From the NCBI RefSeq assembly GCF_009914755.1, contig NC_060931.1: a stretch of 64,000 nucleotides of DNA; one strand, given 5' to 3'. Below are positions 14,161 to 30,794 of the stretch, in pieces; position 1 is the first letter of the stretch, and the number at the start of each line of letters is the position of its first letter. Position numbers and translations under genes: made by a program. Under the pieces are notes generated by a model. That model made no database searches, had not been told where the DNA came from, and worked only from the letters and a program-made list of their open reading frames with translations. This DNA is from the human T2T-CHM13v2.0 reference genome, Homo sapiens.

Positions 14161-17100
14161 ATATTTCCTGTTTGTATAAGTAGAAGTTAAATATTTGTAG
14201 GTTGATCTTCTTGACCAGATGTAGCAAATTACAGTCCAGATGGAGTAGACTGAAAACTATATATATTTTTTTTCTTTTTTTTTAACCTATCTTACTAAGT
14301 GTCCTAACTTGTAAACATCAGTAATTTTGTATGGTGGAGGGAAAATAAGAATAGCAGTATGTTCTTTGATTTACACTAATATTAAATGTAATGGCATTTT
14401 AAGAACAATGAAGTATTCCTTCTTGTTTTCCAGTTTATGTATTCTCAATTCTAAATAATAAAAGGAATGACTTTCTATATCACAGTTCCAAACAATGAAA
14501 ATATTTTCCCAATTGAAAAATATGTTCCAGGGTGAATTCTGTAAATTAGTTTGGACAGAATTACTGTTTCCTACGTACAGACAACTTACGGAAGTTTTTG
14601 GTGGCTTATGTATGAAATCATCATGAAAACAAACCACAGTTTTAAACTGTTACTTCTCAACAGTTTGATTTTTTAAAAAAGACAATACTTTCCTGGCATA
14701 TGTGTTAGCAGCTGTCTTCCACTGCTTTCAAATGTGCTTAATTTTGTCTCATTATTCCTTTCACTCCAAATCCTTTAGATGTTCTTCTCCAACACGAGAT
14801 TTTTATATTGCTTTATAACTTAGAGAAGAGTCTTAAAAACTAATGTCAGTGAACAATACAAATTCTGGATTGCTTAGGTTATATCACCACTTTCCAGTGT
14901 GAGATTAAATAGAAATTGGGTGAAATTTTATTCAATAGATTAAATAGAAACATGGGTTAAAATCAGACACATTTTTTTTTCCAAATCTAGTTCTCAGATT
15001 CTTCAGTATTCTGTTTTCCTTAGTTAAATGCATGACTTTGATTTTCCTAGATGTAGAGACAATTAGCTGCCTCCAATATTAAATAACTTTGAATGTACTC
15101 CTTCAGAATTTTAAGTCTTTCTTTCGTTTCAGTTATGTATCTTACAATGACATAAACTGCTATGGGAACTATAGTAAAATTCAGTAATGTGAAATGTGTG
15201 TTATTCTTCCACCTTCTTACATCTTGCCTATGCTCATATTCAGTTAAACAACAATTGTTGTTTTTAAAAAACAAGCTAAGTTTCTATAAAATTAATTTGA
15301 CTATGGTGAATCTGAATAGGCCAAAGCTTTTAGAGGCATTAATTCTCTTTGAATGTAATTGTTTTTCTCTGGTTGAGAGATTACTTCAACTTCTACATGC
15401 TGTGTCGAGCTATAAGAGAAGCAAATGTAGGATTGTAATTAAAGATGCCATTTCAGAACACTCTTTAATAAAGTATGTATTCTTAAATTTGGAAGGTGAC
15501 TAAAGAAGCATTCTGTTCACTCCAGATTCACCAAAGGATTTAGTGTGTTTATGAGTTGCTTAATGACAAAATGGAAAACATACTGACTGTAAAACCAGAC
15601 ACAGACATGCAGTTTGTGCTCAATAACTGCTAATTATTGTCACCATTCTTACTATTATATAAGACAATGAAGACGACAAGCTTTAGTGCATAGCTTGCGG
15701 GGCAGAAAAAATCAACTTAAATAATTTCAAGTAGCAGTGTTGTCAATTATAAATAAATTGTACTCTCTTGTGATGTAGTTTCACAAAGTAGAGGAGTCTC
15801 ATGAAATTCAAGATTCTTATATGTAAAGTCCATTTGATAGATTTCTATTTAAGAGTATGTTACAACAGAATAAATTATAAATTATAATTGATCTCTAATA
15901 TGCTACCAGTTAATCGTGGGAGAAAAACCATATTTTATAATGAGTCAATTTTAATTTTTATTCTATTTATTTATCTATAAATGTTCATATTTACTTTTCC
16001 CCCCAAGAGTAATCATAATCTCTAATGTATATTTACTTTTAAAAAGAAGCATTTGAAGGGAGAAATTGATAGCAATCACCATCAGTTCCATATTTGAGAT
16101 ATTAATGGTTGTTTTATAAACTAGTGTTCTTCTCATGCATGTGTTTTGTTAAATGGAAAGAAAAAAGACACTCGCACCAAAATCATGCACGAGGATTGGG
16201 AACACTTACACAAAAATAATAAATGATGATTCACCCCTACATACCAAGACTGTATGTTTCCTGTTGTGTTCTGATTTTCTTTAGGATGAACACAGATTTA
16301 CAAAGATGGTTACATTATAATGACTGGGTCAGATTCTCAAAAAGGCAATGAAATTAATACAGATTTCTGGTTTGCAAGAGTGCCCAGAACTAGACTTTTT
16401 ATAGTGGGAGGAAGAACTCCTGTATATTTGACCTTCAAATCCAGACAATATCCACCCTGTTCTTTATATTTCTGACTTCTGTTATATTTCTCTGTCTCTC
16501 TTTTTCCAAGTTTGGTAACATGAAAGGTAATAGGACCCCACCAGTTGCTGGACTCAAATGAATTGCCTGTATTCATTGATGGCTTTAGGCTTATGTCCTT
16601 TTTCCATGACTTGAACTTTGTCCTTTTCATAGAACAGTCAAAGAACCCATTGAAGTAGTCAAAGGCTGGGTCTATATGATGCCAAAACATTTTGGCTAAA
16701 TGATGACCACATCTAGATATTTGTAAATATTGGAAAGTTCAGTAAGGTCCAACAGTTTTAGATCCTATATTTTAGTACTTCCTGGATTTTATTTTCAATT
16801 TCATGAACCAAAAAAGTTCCAGAATAGAGGCTGAAATGAAAGTTCACAACTTTTTCTTGCATTATAAGAACAAAAAAACAAAAGCAAGGACTATTTGCTA
16901 TCATTGTCATTTCATTAGAAAAAAGGGGGTGGGAGCCATTTTATTTTATGAACAAAATGATCAAAATGAGCAAAAACATGAACAACGAATAATCTTCAGA
17001 GATAAATAAATTTGCATAATGGAAAAATTCAATCTATTTTCTTTATTTCACCAAGGACTAGTTTTTAACATTTTATTACACGCAAGATTAGGACCTTTCC

Positions 17101-17554
17101 ACAGACTGATGTTTGGCAAGTACTGCTCTAAGGTAACTGTGTGGAGGATGAATTCTACTCCTACTATTTCTGGTCAGTGCATCTTGTCATTGCGTAGATG
17201 GGGCCAATACCAATGGGCATCTATATGCTTTTATTTATTTGGTGATGCCGAGTATATTCTCTTATTCTACAATGTTTGCTTAAAATATGCATCAAGCTTA
17301 CACATCCTGATCTGTTACTAACTTTTACCTTGACTAGTCTCTCCAGCCTGTGCCAGAGGCCACAGCAGTCTATGAAACACAGCTCTACCACCTTTTCCTA
17401 GGACATGTTTCCAAGCTCTTCTTCCAACTTGTCCCTTTGTATTTGTTGATGTTCTGTACTCTAATGTCTCTATCCATGAATTTATGCCAGGATTCTCCCC
17501 TACCAGATGCTTATTTTTAGTTAATATGAATAATTGTTTTTACTTGTATAGACT

Positions 17555-17958
17555 TTTCTTTGTATTTTAAGTTCAGGCTACATGTGTAGCATGTGCAGGT
17601 TTGTTACATAGGTAAACGTATGTCATGGGGGTTGGTTGTACAGATTATTTCATCACCCACGTATTAAACCTAGTACCTATTAGTTACATATCTTGCTTCT
17701 CCCCTTCCTCCCACCCTCCACCCTCCAGTAAGCCTCTCTGTGTGTGGTTGTTGTTCCCCTCTATGTATTGTTCCCCTCTATGTGTCCATGTGTTCTCATC
17801 ATTTAGCTCGCACTTATAACTGAGAACATGCAGTATTTGGTTTTCTGTTCCTGCATTAGTTTGCTAAGGATAATGCCCTCCAACTCCATCCATGTCCCTG
17901 CAAAGGACATGGTCTCAATTTTTATGGCTGCATAGTATTCCATGATGTATATGTACCG
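17555..17958 (-). mobile_element. 5'-truncated older L1PA 3' end (ORF2 tail + 3'UTR)
   Basis: gtgcaggtttgttacataggtaaac..; ORF 17803-18060 has YIMEYYAAIK..WMELEGIILSKL (L1 ORF2 C-terminus). Confidence 0.9.
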
Positions 17959-18739
17959 AATCAAAGAACAAGATGCATGTACTTGAGCTTTGGACAACTC
18001 GTAAAAGTTCATTCTCAGCCCAAGCCCAGCTCCCATACTTCTAGACCCCACACAAGACACAAGTGTCCTAGGCCATGTTATCAGGGAGAGACACTATATT
18101 TTTCCTCAAATATGCTTATAAAGCTTCAAAGGCAGAACTATCTGTTATATGAATTTATTTTTCATTTTGTGTAATGTGAAAAGTATTTATGTAAAGTAAG
18201 TTGTTCATAATCTAATTTTATGATTCAGATTGTTATCACTTAACGGTCATTCACCTACTAAGTCAACAAAAACACATTTAGTCCATATTATGTATAACAC
18301 GTAGACCTTGGCTAAAAACTATGTGGAGTATTAAGAATAATAAAAACCTTCATGGAAAAGTAGACAAATACCTTTAGAGAAGCAAAACCTAAATCTGTAA
18401 CAGCAACAACAAAAAAAGGCTAACTATAGTTAAGGAAGTTAATAGGAGTTCATTCCCATTTTTTTCTCATGAGGAAATTGACTCAGATAGGCTATCAGGA
18501 ATATCCTAGGTCACAGAGCTAGTATGATGTAGAGTTAAGATAACTATTTCCATCTGACATCAAAGGTCTGGGTCTTTCTGCTTTTCTCCGTAAACACTTC
18601 TAAGGAGGGTATATTTTGGAAAATACTAAGAACTGATTTTGGAAAAGTTTGTTACCTCTCACTCTCATATAATTTGCTTTAGCTAACAGCTCTTGCATAT
18701 TTATATTATTTTATTTGCTCTGTACTTGGTGTTTTTACA

Positions 18740-19250
18740 CAGTAATAACTTGGTGGCTAATCTTATCTACAACTATGGCTTTCACCACTAGCAGTATTTT
18801 GACAAGTCTCAAATATATATCTTCCAAGAGATATTTCCCTCCAAAGTCCAAACAAAGACTTACTAGAAACCTCTATTTACATATTGTACAAACATCTCAG
18901 AGTCCGCATGACTTAAACAGAATTCACTCCTTTTTCTTCTTTCCATTACTGACGTCATCAACTTTCTGTGTGTTTTAAGTTTGTTGTAAGTATCAATCAT
19001 TACAGACCCATGCAAGCCAGACCCTTCTTCATCATTCACTAATCTGATCCATCGCTACAGTTTTGCTTAACACAATAATTTGCCCTGTATTTTCTTTTGC
19101 TTACATACTCACTGCCACTGTCCTAATTTAACTCCCCATAATGTCTTTCCTGGATTACAGTAATCATCTTCTTACAGAACTTCCTTTCCAGGTTTACACC
19201 AACAAACCATGTTATATACTGCCCCCAGAGTAAACTTTCTACAAAACACA
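18740..19250. mobile_element. L2 fragment (degenerate)
   Basis: ctgccactgtccta..tcctggattacagtaat..ctt L2-like motifs. Confidence 0.5.
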
Positions 19251-19618
19251 TGCACTTTCTACTGGTGAAAGATGACAGAGTAAAACCATGTGTACTCTAT
19301 CCCCTTCCTTTGATTTTCATGAAAAGAAAAAAAGATGAAAAGTATAAGAGGAAAATATACATATTAAATGAAGAAGTAACACCAAAGCAATATCAAATTA
19401 TTAAGGAAATATTTCAAATATAGTGAAACTTGAAACATTTTGATATAAAATGCTGAGATCTGGCATGTCTCTCCATATATTTCAAGTAGGATAGAATTAA
19501 TAAGCAAAGGGTTAAATCATAGAGATTGCATCCATAGATGCTTTTATTACAGAAACAAGCTCTAGGAGTCTACACGACTGTAAGATTATTGGAACATGTC
19601 CATAAAGAGTGGAGGTGC

Positions 19619-19872
19619 AGACTGAACACAGTGGCTCAAGCCTGTAATCCCAGCACTTTTGGAGGCCAAGGTAGGAGGATTGCTTGAGACCAGGAGTTCC
19701 AGACCAGCCTCTGCAACATAGCAAGATCCCATCTCTACTTAAAAAAAAAAAGTTGCTGTGCGTGCTTCAGGCTGAGCAGGGAGGATGTTTTGAGCCCAGG
19801 AATTCAAGTTTGCTGTGAGCTATGATTACAGTGTGAGACCCTGTCAAAAAAAAAAGAAAAGAAAAAGAAAAA
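19619..19872 (+). mobile_element. AluJ-type with right-arm deletions
   Basis: aggaggattgcttgag..gagctatgatt; A-rich tail. Confidence 0.88.
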
Positions 19873-19965
19873 GTAGAGGTATAGGTAAAGCATAAAGCCA
19901 TGGTCATCATCATTATTATCATCATTTCAACTAACATGGGCAAGCCAAGCTAGGTACTGTCCTAA

Positions 19966-19991
19966 TCTCTCTCTCTCTCTCTCTCTCTCTC

Positions 19992-20036
<45 letters not shown>
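19966..20036 (+). repeat. Compound microsatellite (TC)13-(CA)21
   Basis: Direct reading. Confidence 0.97.
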
Positions 20037-20038
<2 letters not shown>

Positions 20039-20399
20039 TTATTGTGTATGCATTATCCTTCTTCTAAAGGATATCACTGTAGGTAAATTAGTATGAGGGC
20101 AGAAGTGAAAGGTATGAATACCAGACTATCCCACAGGGTGTTTCTGATGGGGCTTCATGAGAAACACACCAATCACACCAGTCAAGATATGAAAAAATAA
20201 TAATAATAATAATAAATAAAGTGAGGTGTGTTCACAGAAGAAAATATATTAAAGATCACAGAGTGTGCTTAAAGTCAAAACAACAAAAATCATAGGCTGC
20301 AAATTCCTCCAGCTCATTTCCTCATTGTCAGAAGGAGGAAATAAGTTCACTAAAATGTAAATGAAGAGCATAGGAAAGAAGAGGAGTTGGCACAAGAAA

Positions 20400-20900
20400 T
20401 AGAGGCTTAATTCTGGTTGCAAAAGTTACAAACTAAGTAATAATAAAATCTAATTTTTTGAAAGAGATGAATTCATTAATATGATAATAGAAATGAAAGA
20501 TAAGGAAATAAAACATAAAAATAGATTGAATCTACAGATCGAAAAGTCTCTTACAGAAGTAATAATTAATAGAACTTATTAAATAAAGAATACATTTGGA
20601 ATTTATGTGGAAAATTGAGTCACGTACAAGGGAAGATATCAGGTGGGCCTCATACTTGTTCAAAACAGCATTATTTGCCCCCAAACAGAAAAGCAATTCA
20701 CACAAATAAGCAAGTGAAAACATCTGTGACTCAGCAATTTGTCTTTCAAATGAGAGAGGCATCTCCAGTCATTCTCAAACAAGTGAATTTTAAGGAAATA
20801 GAGCAGACATTCAAGAAACTATAACAATAACAACTTCTTAATAATGAAATTCATTCAAACAAGGCGTGAATCAAAATCAAAAGAGAACAGATATTACATC
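20400..20900 (+). mobile_element. Possible ancient L1M ORF1-region remnant
   Basis: A-rich; tgaatctacagatcgaaaag resembles old L1 ORF1 sequence. Confidence 0.35.
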
Positions 20901-23900
20901 ACTTGCCTCCTTAAAACCTGGCTAGAGATTTTCATTATCTATGAGATTTGGGCTCTTTATATTTTACACACTCATTTGTTTTCTCCTTCACCAATAGAGT
21001 GTGCATAAGTGTATATGCATGTGTGTTTACCCCTAAATACAGCAATATATAAATATGTATTTTATTTACATACACACACAAGAATATTTCCAATTAGCTC
21101 GATGACATGCCATCTATAGTCTCACAGATTAGAATGCTCTTTATCTCCCCAATGCTTTCCATCTTCCACCCTCACCTGCTTAGGTAAATTTATTCACCTT
21201 TCAAGACCCAAGTCAGCCTTCTCCTGTGAATTCTTGACCTTCTAAGGGACAATGCATCATGCTTTCTTTTATGAAGCATAGTGCCCTGTACATACATAGA
21301 TTAATCACTGCTTTATCTCCTTAGCTCCACTTCTAGAGTTAAAATATGCTGTCTTTACTTATTTTTGTATGTCTAGCCCTAGAACCTACTCCTGGCGTAT
21401 ACCTACTACTGACACACAGAAGCAAGTGACTCAAATGTAATTTGAACCACATTATTTTTTTAATGCAACAAAAATTTAGAAAAAGTAAATATAAAAATAT
21501 CTAAGAAAAAGCAAATGTAGCAATATAAATTTTATGTCAGGATATACATTAGCTTTGCTAATTAAGTTATAAATTATGTTCAAATGACTATTAAAATTAT
21601 ACCATTTAAACCTTAAATTATTTATAAACTGGCTATCAAATAACAATTAAATGGCTAATATTTTTTCATTCTATGTGCTCAGCACTGTTATGGTTGTTTT
21701 ACATACAATAATCACATGAATAAATTTCTTGAGAGTTCTGTTTTGCCAGCAGCATTAAACACAAAATCTACTGAAACAGTGAAGTAACTTGTTCTTTATA
21801 TTTAATTTCTCTCAATTTTGGTATACCCTTCAAGTCACTGACATATAAATTAATGAGAAGACCTTTCAAAAATGTAATGCTTTTATTAAAACAAAGCACA
21901 GACCTACACCCACCACCTTTACCTTAGTACTGTCTCACTAACAGCAGTTTGCAGTCCCTAATCTTGTTTTGCTATCTCATTTTATGCCTGTTTCTGTAAG
22001 TTTCCACAATTTACTCTTTTCTAAACCCGGCTTGCTGCCTCCTGCTTCTAGTTGATTTTCCCTTTTCTTGTGCTTCAAGCTACAGTTAGAAGCTATCTCT
22101 CCCATCAAAGACTTGAGAATTAGCAGACATCTATCCTTCGATGGATGCCTCACTGTGCTTTCATTATAACACACAGTCATAAATTAATTGCATGCCACTT
22201 TTCTGCATGAGTATTAGAGTACACACATTAGTTCTCTTAGATGTAAAGGTTAGCACAATGCCATATGGGTCAAATTATACGTGGAGGAAATGGTTAACTA
22301 GATAATCAATCATTAAATTAAAGATCTAGAGGGATCTTTAGACTGTCTGAAGTCTGACTACTTGCATTTAGAAAAGAGCATACATGACTTCGCCATTAAC
22401 AGTTGCAGAGGTCAGATTTAAATATAGGTCTCCTGGCTCCACATTCGATGCTCTTTCTAAATAACTTTCTGGAAAAATTGTGACTTTAATATTTCTCCAC
22501 ATTTTTTTGCTCTCTGGTCCCTGATATTGATAGTAGCCTTTTGCACAAGAATATAGGCAAAAAATAAAAGTTGCAAACAATTTACAAAATAACTAATGAG
22601 CAATATTAATTTTTACTTCTTGAGGGAATAACTAGAGTTTAAATGTAATGACTGCATAAAACAAGTAAATGTCATAATGTGGACAAAAATGGATAATTCA
22701 AACGTGCATTGCTATCGGTCACTCGTTTTTGTGTGAGATGATTAGTCAGTAAAAATTTAGAATTAAAGTGTAGATTCTTCTTTTAAAATTCCCATTGGTT
22801 TTATTTAATGCTTTGAGTGATGGGCTAGTAATCTAGAAATTAAAACTTTGTTTTTGATTCTGCCTTATGTTTTAATTATTTATGAGACTCCTCTATAGGC
22901 AGGTCTCTGTTATCAGTCAGTCCACTGATAAGTGCTCATTAAATACCTATGAGCGGTAAGCATTGTATTATCATTAGCAAAATGAAAAAGAGGAGGCTTC
23001 TCTGTTTCATACAGTTGAAATATTAATTTTTCAGGCAGTCTTGCTCAATTATTTACTGTAACACAGCACATGTTTCAGAGTGTTCTTCAAATAACCATAT
23101 TTCACATGGCTACAAGAAAGCACGTGTTTTTTAAAAAAAGAAAGCACATGTTTTCTGACATTTACAAATTATATATACTACATTTTCCAGTAACAAAACA
23201 GTGGAAAATATTCACATATGGAGAAATAAATAGTGATAAACCACTTTGTCACCCACTACCTGTTGCATATGTCTACTATGAGGCATTTTTAAAACTACTT
23301 AAGAATGATTTATTTAAATTGTTCTAATGCTGAGCAAAATGAGTGCTTTTGGAGAAAGAAAAGTAGTATTTTATCCAAGATATTTCTATCACTTCCATCC
23401 CAAGATACATTTTGGGGAGGAAAAAAGTCTTCCTTATTCATTGACAAAAACTGATCTGTATGAGTGCAAACATACTAGAGAACATATTCCTATCAGTGTT
23501 CATGGGTGTCCCTTTTTTATGTGAGGCAAGCATATATTTCATTCCCAGAGTGAGAAGAAAGAGAGCTCAGGAGATCACTTAGACATACTCAAGGATCAAT
23601 CAAGTAAGCAGATCAGAGAGACAGGCTTGTGTGGCTGGCGGCAGAAATTACCTAAACCCTAGATTTGTCTGACAACAGGTGCTCAGTAAGTACTTACTGA
23701 ATGAATGAGTAAATGAATTACTGAATAGTTGGATAAAGTAGATATGTTTATGAATGTGCAATAGTGCATATGGGTTAGATAGCTCATAATTTATCATGCT
23801 GCTCTTACTAGCTTTACTCTCTTCATTCTTTACAACATGCCTGGTGCTATAAGCAAATGCAATTTAAATTTGTCATTTTAAAAAATAGTTGTTTACCTCA

Positions 23901-23939
23901 GAGGTTATTTTTTTCTCTTTTTCTTACTCTCACTCTCTC

Positions 23940-24256
23940 TCTTTTTTCCTTCCTTCCTTTTTGTTTTTGAGACAGTGTCTCACTCTGTCACCCAGGCCGG
24001 AGTGCAGTAGCATGATCTTGGCTCACTGCAACCTCTGCCTCCTGGGTTCAAGGGATTCTCATGCCTCGGCCTCCTGAGTAGCTGGTATTACAGGCATGAG
24101 CCACCATGCCTGGTTAATTTTTGTATTTTTTTTTTAGTAGCGACGGGGTTTTGCCATGTTGGCCAGGCTGGTCTCGAACCCCTGACCTCAGGTTATCCAC
24201 TCACCTTGGCCTCCCAAAGTGCTGGGATTACAGGCATGAGGCACCATGCCCTGGCT
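23940..24256 (-). mobile_element. AluSx-type
   Basis: Full antisense Alu dimer. Confidence 0.93.
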
Positions 24257-24677
24257 CCTTTTTTCTTTTCTTTTCTTTTTCTTTTTTTTTAAAAGAGGCT
24301 TGTAGAGAACATTGATATGGCATTCCTAGCTATGTCCTGCACCTTTATCTAGAATAAATACATTTTGATTATAAAGGCTTCCCCATAAAAGGATTTTGTT
24401 TGAATCAGAGCTCCGTGCGGAAGGATGGAAGGAGATGGGAGAGCAATGATGTTGAAAACTAACGAATTCAAAGAATTTCTAATGAACAGCATACAACGTA
24501 GTCCGGGTACATTGTAATCTTAGTCACAATAATGTCCTATTTATGATAGCACACTATAAATCTGTCTTCCCCAATAGTGTGCTTTAATTTTGGAGTGGAC
24601 ACATTTTGGAGTTTATGAAGTCAGATACCCTAATGACATTTGTACATAACAATTCATTGATATATTATAACTTTTCT

Positions 24678-25112
24678 AAGTTGATCCTTGAACAACATGG
24701 GTTTAAACTGTGTGCCTCCACTTATATTTGTATTTTCTTCTACCTCTGCCACCCCTAACACAGCAAGATGAATCCCTCCTCTTCCTGATCCTCCTCCAGC
24801 TACTCGACAAGAAGCCGCTAAGATGAAAGATCTTTGTGATGATCCACTTCCACTTGAAGAGTAAATATTTTTTCTTCCTAATAACTTTCTTAATAGTGTT
24901 TTCCTTTCTCTAGCTTACTTCATTAGAAGAATATAGTGTATATAGTACATAGAACATACAAAATATGTGTTAATTGACTGTGTTATGGTAAGGTTTCTGG
25001 TCAACAGAAGGCTGTTAGTAGTTAAGTTTTTGGATAGTCAAAAGTTATATGTGGATTTTTGACTGCACAAAGGGTTGATTCTTCCAACCCCACCTTGTTC
25101 AAGAGTTAACTG
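24678..25112 (+). mobile_element. Tigger2a (MER28) TcMar-Tigger element
   Basis: TIRs agttgatccttgaacaa / ttgttcaagagttaactg with flanking TA; ~435 bp. Confidence 0.85.
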
Positions 25113-26283
25113 TATATACAAATAAAAACAAGGAAAAATTGGATTATCATGTAGATAAGTTGGACAAGATTAAGTTCTCCTATATCCAGCTCTCCCCAAG
25201 TAATTATTTAGCAAAAACTATCTGAAAGTATTAATTCTAGAATTTATTTTGATGGCACAGAAAAAATAAATAGCAACTTAAGGATTTTATCTTAATTGGC
25301 AAATGAGAAAAGATTAAATTCTTCCATTTTGTTTCCAAATAGTTTCTTGCTATTAATGTAATTGTCTACAATTGGGTCATATTTAGAAATGTTCTAAGAT
25401 TGAAGTTAAATATTATGTGAGCCAGGTTTGGTTTAAGACCCTTAAGGACAACTCATGATTCCCTTGAATGAAGCTAAAATTCCAGCTTGTTTGTTGAAAA
25501 TCCCTGCTCTCCCAGGACCCATTAAATCAAGCACACCTCTGGGTTGGAAAGGACAATAGACTAAAGATTTTCTAGACCAATGCAGGACACACAACATTAA
25601 TCCTCACAATGTCAAACGTCAAATTCAGAACAAGATTTACCTCTTATAGATTGGGCAAAAATATAGCATAAGCTAATTTCTCATTAAACTTACTTCTCTA
25701 CTTCATCACAAAACGTGATTGTGTACCACTGACAAAGGCAAAACAAAAACAAAACACTACTAACAATGTTAAAATTACAAGTCATAAACATTGTTTAGAG
25801 TGAAATATGATCCCTATTTAATCCCTGCTGGCCACAACATTCATTGAAAATGAGACACTAGCATTAGTTTGAAGGCAGAGAATAACAAGGGTAAAATTTG
25901 CCTTTCCACATGAAAGAAAGGGAAGTGTTATTGCTATTAAATTTTAATAAACCTTCGTGGCAGTTCAATGTGAGCAACCAGAAGAGTCATGTAACATTAC
26001 TAAGGTTGCTGATTTCTTAATTCTTTCATTTTCCTGATATTTATTTTGCATGTAAAGAGTTTAAAAATGAGTATCTTTGTCAATCACATCTTTGTAACAA
26101 TATTGTCATTAATCAGTTTTGGATTGAATAGTTGAAAGTAGTTTTATGTATTTAAAATTGAAACATTATTTGAGGGTAACTGGTAGGAATTATTTTTTAA
26201 CTTTACCCTCAAATTAATAAATTGTTACGAAAATAATTACCTATGTACATCTGCCTCATGAAATTGCTGTAGAAGCTGAGATT

Positions 26284-28528
<2,245 letters not shown>

Positions 28529-30437
28529 ACAATGAGATCACATGGACACAGGAAGGGGAACATCACACTCTGGGAACTGTTGTGGGGTGGGGGGAGGGGG
28601 GAGGGATAGCATTGGGAGATATACCTAATGCTAGATGACGAGTTAGTGGGTGCAGCACACCAGCATGGCACATGTATACGTATGTAACTAACCTGCACAA
28701 TGTGCACATGTACCCTAAAACTTAAAGTATAATAATAAAAAATAAATAAATAAAAAAGAAGAAGCTGAGATTATGTACTTGGCTGTGTCTCTAAGTGGCA
28801 ATATATTTTCATAAAATTTCCAAGATTTTAAAAATGTATTTTATTTTTATATTTCCTGTAAGAGAATTATGTAAAGCAGGCATTTGTTTTTATTAGCTTA
28901 AATGCTATTGCATTTAAACGTAAAAAAGTTGTAAAAACTAGCAGAATTGTAAAATTGAGAAAAAATTCTAGCTTTTCCCAATTATAACTGTTATTTTATC
29001 ATTTCTAAGTACTCAAGGTGGAAAAATGACTTCCACTTAAAAATACTTCTACTTTTTAAAAAATCAAGAAATTAGTTTAAAAGTTCATAGCTGAGTTTGT
29101 TTGATGATCTTAATGACTTTCACCTCATTTAGTAAATCAGAATCTAAAAAATGCTACACCCTCCTTTTGATAAGCTCTGGAGTTTATCAGCCCTGCTTTG
29201 CCACTTCATTAGCTGTCAAGAACCAGTAAGTGATATTGCTATGAAAGTCTTGATTCAGGTAGTTGAAAATGCTCTTGTTGCAAAAGTACCAATTATCAAC
29301 AGACTTGAAATTAAAAGAGGGTCTATCAGGAGAGGCCTGTCATCCACATACATACAGTTGGTTATCATCTTTGTAGACATCAAAGAAAGAGGGAGCATTT
29401 GAACTATCAGTAGTTCACTTATAACATTCAGAGGAAAGGATGCACACTGATTTAATATACACTGCAGCAGAGTTATTACTGACCTTAGAAATCTTACCTT
29501 ATGATCATGTGATGGCAAGTAAATGAGAATAAAAGGTGAATTTTTTCCCCCAAAGGAAACAGCGTAAAATATGAAAAGATGCATGTTTTAATCTCTATGT
29601 TTAAGTAGTTTCTTAAATTTAGCCTTACACTATTTTATGGTGAATCTTTCCTTAAATGTATTTTTGTTATTTAAACAACTCTGCCATGAATTTCCCCTTT
29701 AATATAGATATACCATTTGAGGTCAAAAATGTTACTTTAATAAAATTTACTTTTAATTATAAAGACTTTTATTTCCACTCTTGCTTCTATTACACTTCTC
29801 TACAGTTAAGCATAATATTAAACAAGAAAAGCGTGTTGATATAAAATCTTGAATAGTTCAAATAAAAGTTAAAAATATTTCCTATTTACATAACACTATT
29901 TGCATATTAAGAACAATTCACCCGTTTCTTTGCTTGAAGAAAGCAAACTTACATATTAATGAATGAATCCTTTATGGAGACGTTCCATAAAACACTAGTT
30001 CCTTTTGATGTTCAATGGAATAAAGGGTTCCATGAGAAAATGAATTCAGGAGAACACTACATATTTCGTTATATTAATTTCAAATAAATATATTAAATAT
30101 TTTGGGAGGTCTAGCTGTCAAGACATTTTCTTATAGAAATCTTATTAAACCAAATGTCTCTCAACTTTGTATGAGATAGAACCATTTTTTAATATATAGT
30201 GCAACTTAATTTTCAAGGAATATTTAGAAAGATACTGTAATATTAATAATAAACCTTGATTATTAAAAATACAATACAACTTATGAGTAAAGCTGGGATG
30301 CCAAAATATTTGGGGGAAAATAGTTTGGTGGAAATTGGTTAAAAATAATAGACATTTCTTAGGCTAATTATTTTGAAAAGTCAATACAGATAAGTTTCTT
30401 TCTTTAAGGTAAATAGAACATAAAGACAGGTGATGAC

Positions 30438-30794
<357 letters not shown>

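Noticed and set aside
16337-16690. 117-aa minus-strand ORF as a novel gene or exon
   Set aside because: No recognisable domain or homology and no supporting gene structure; length is compatible with chance.
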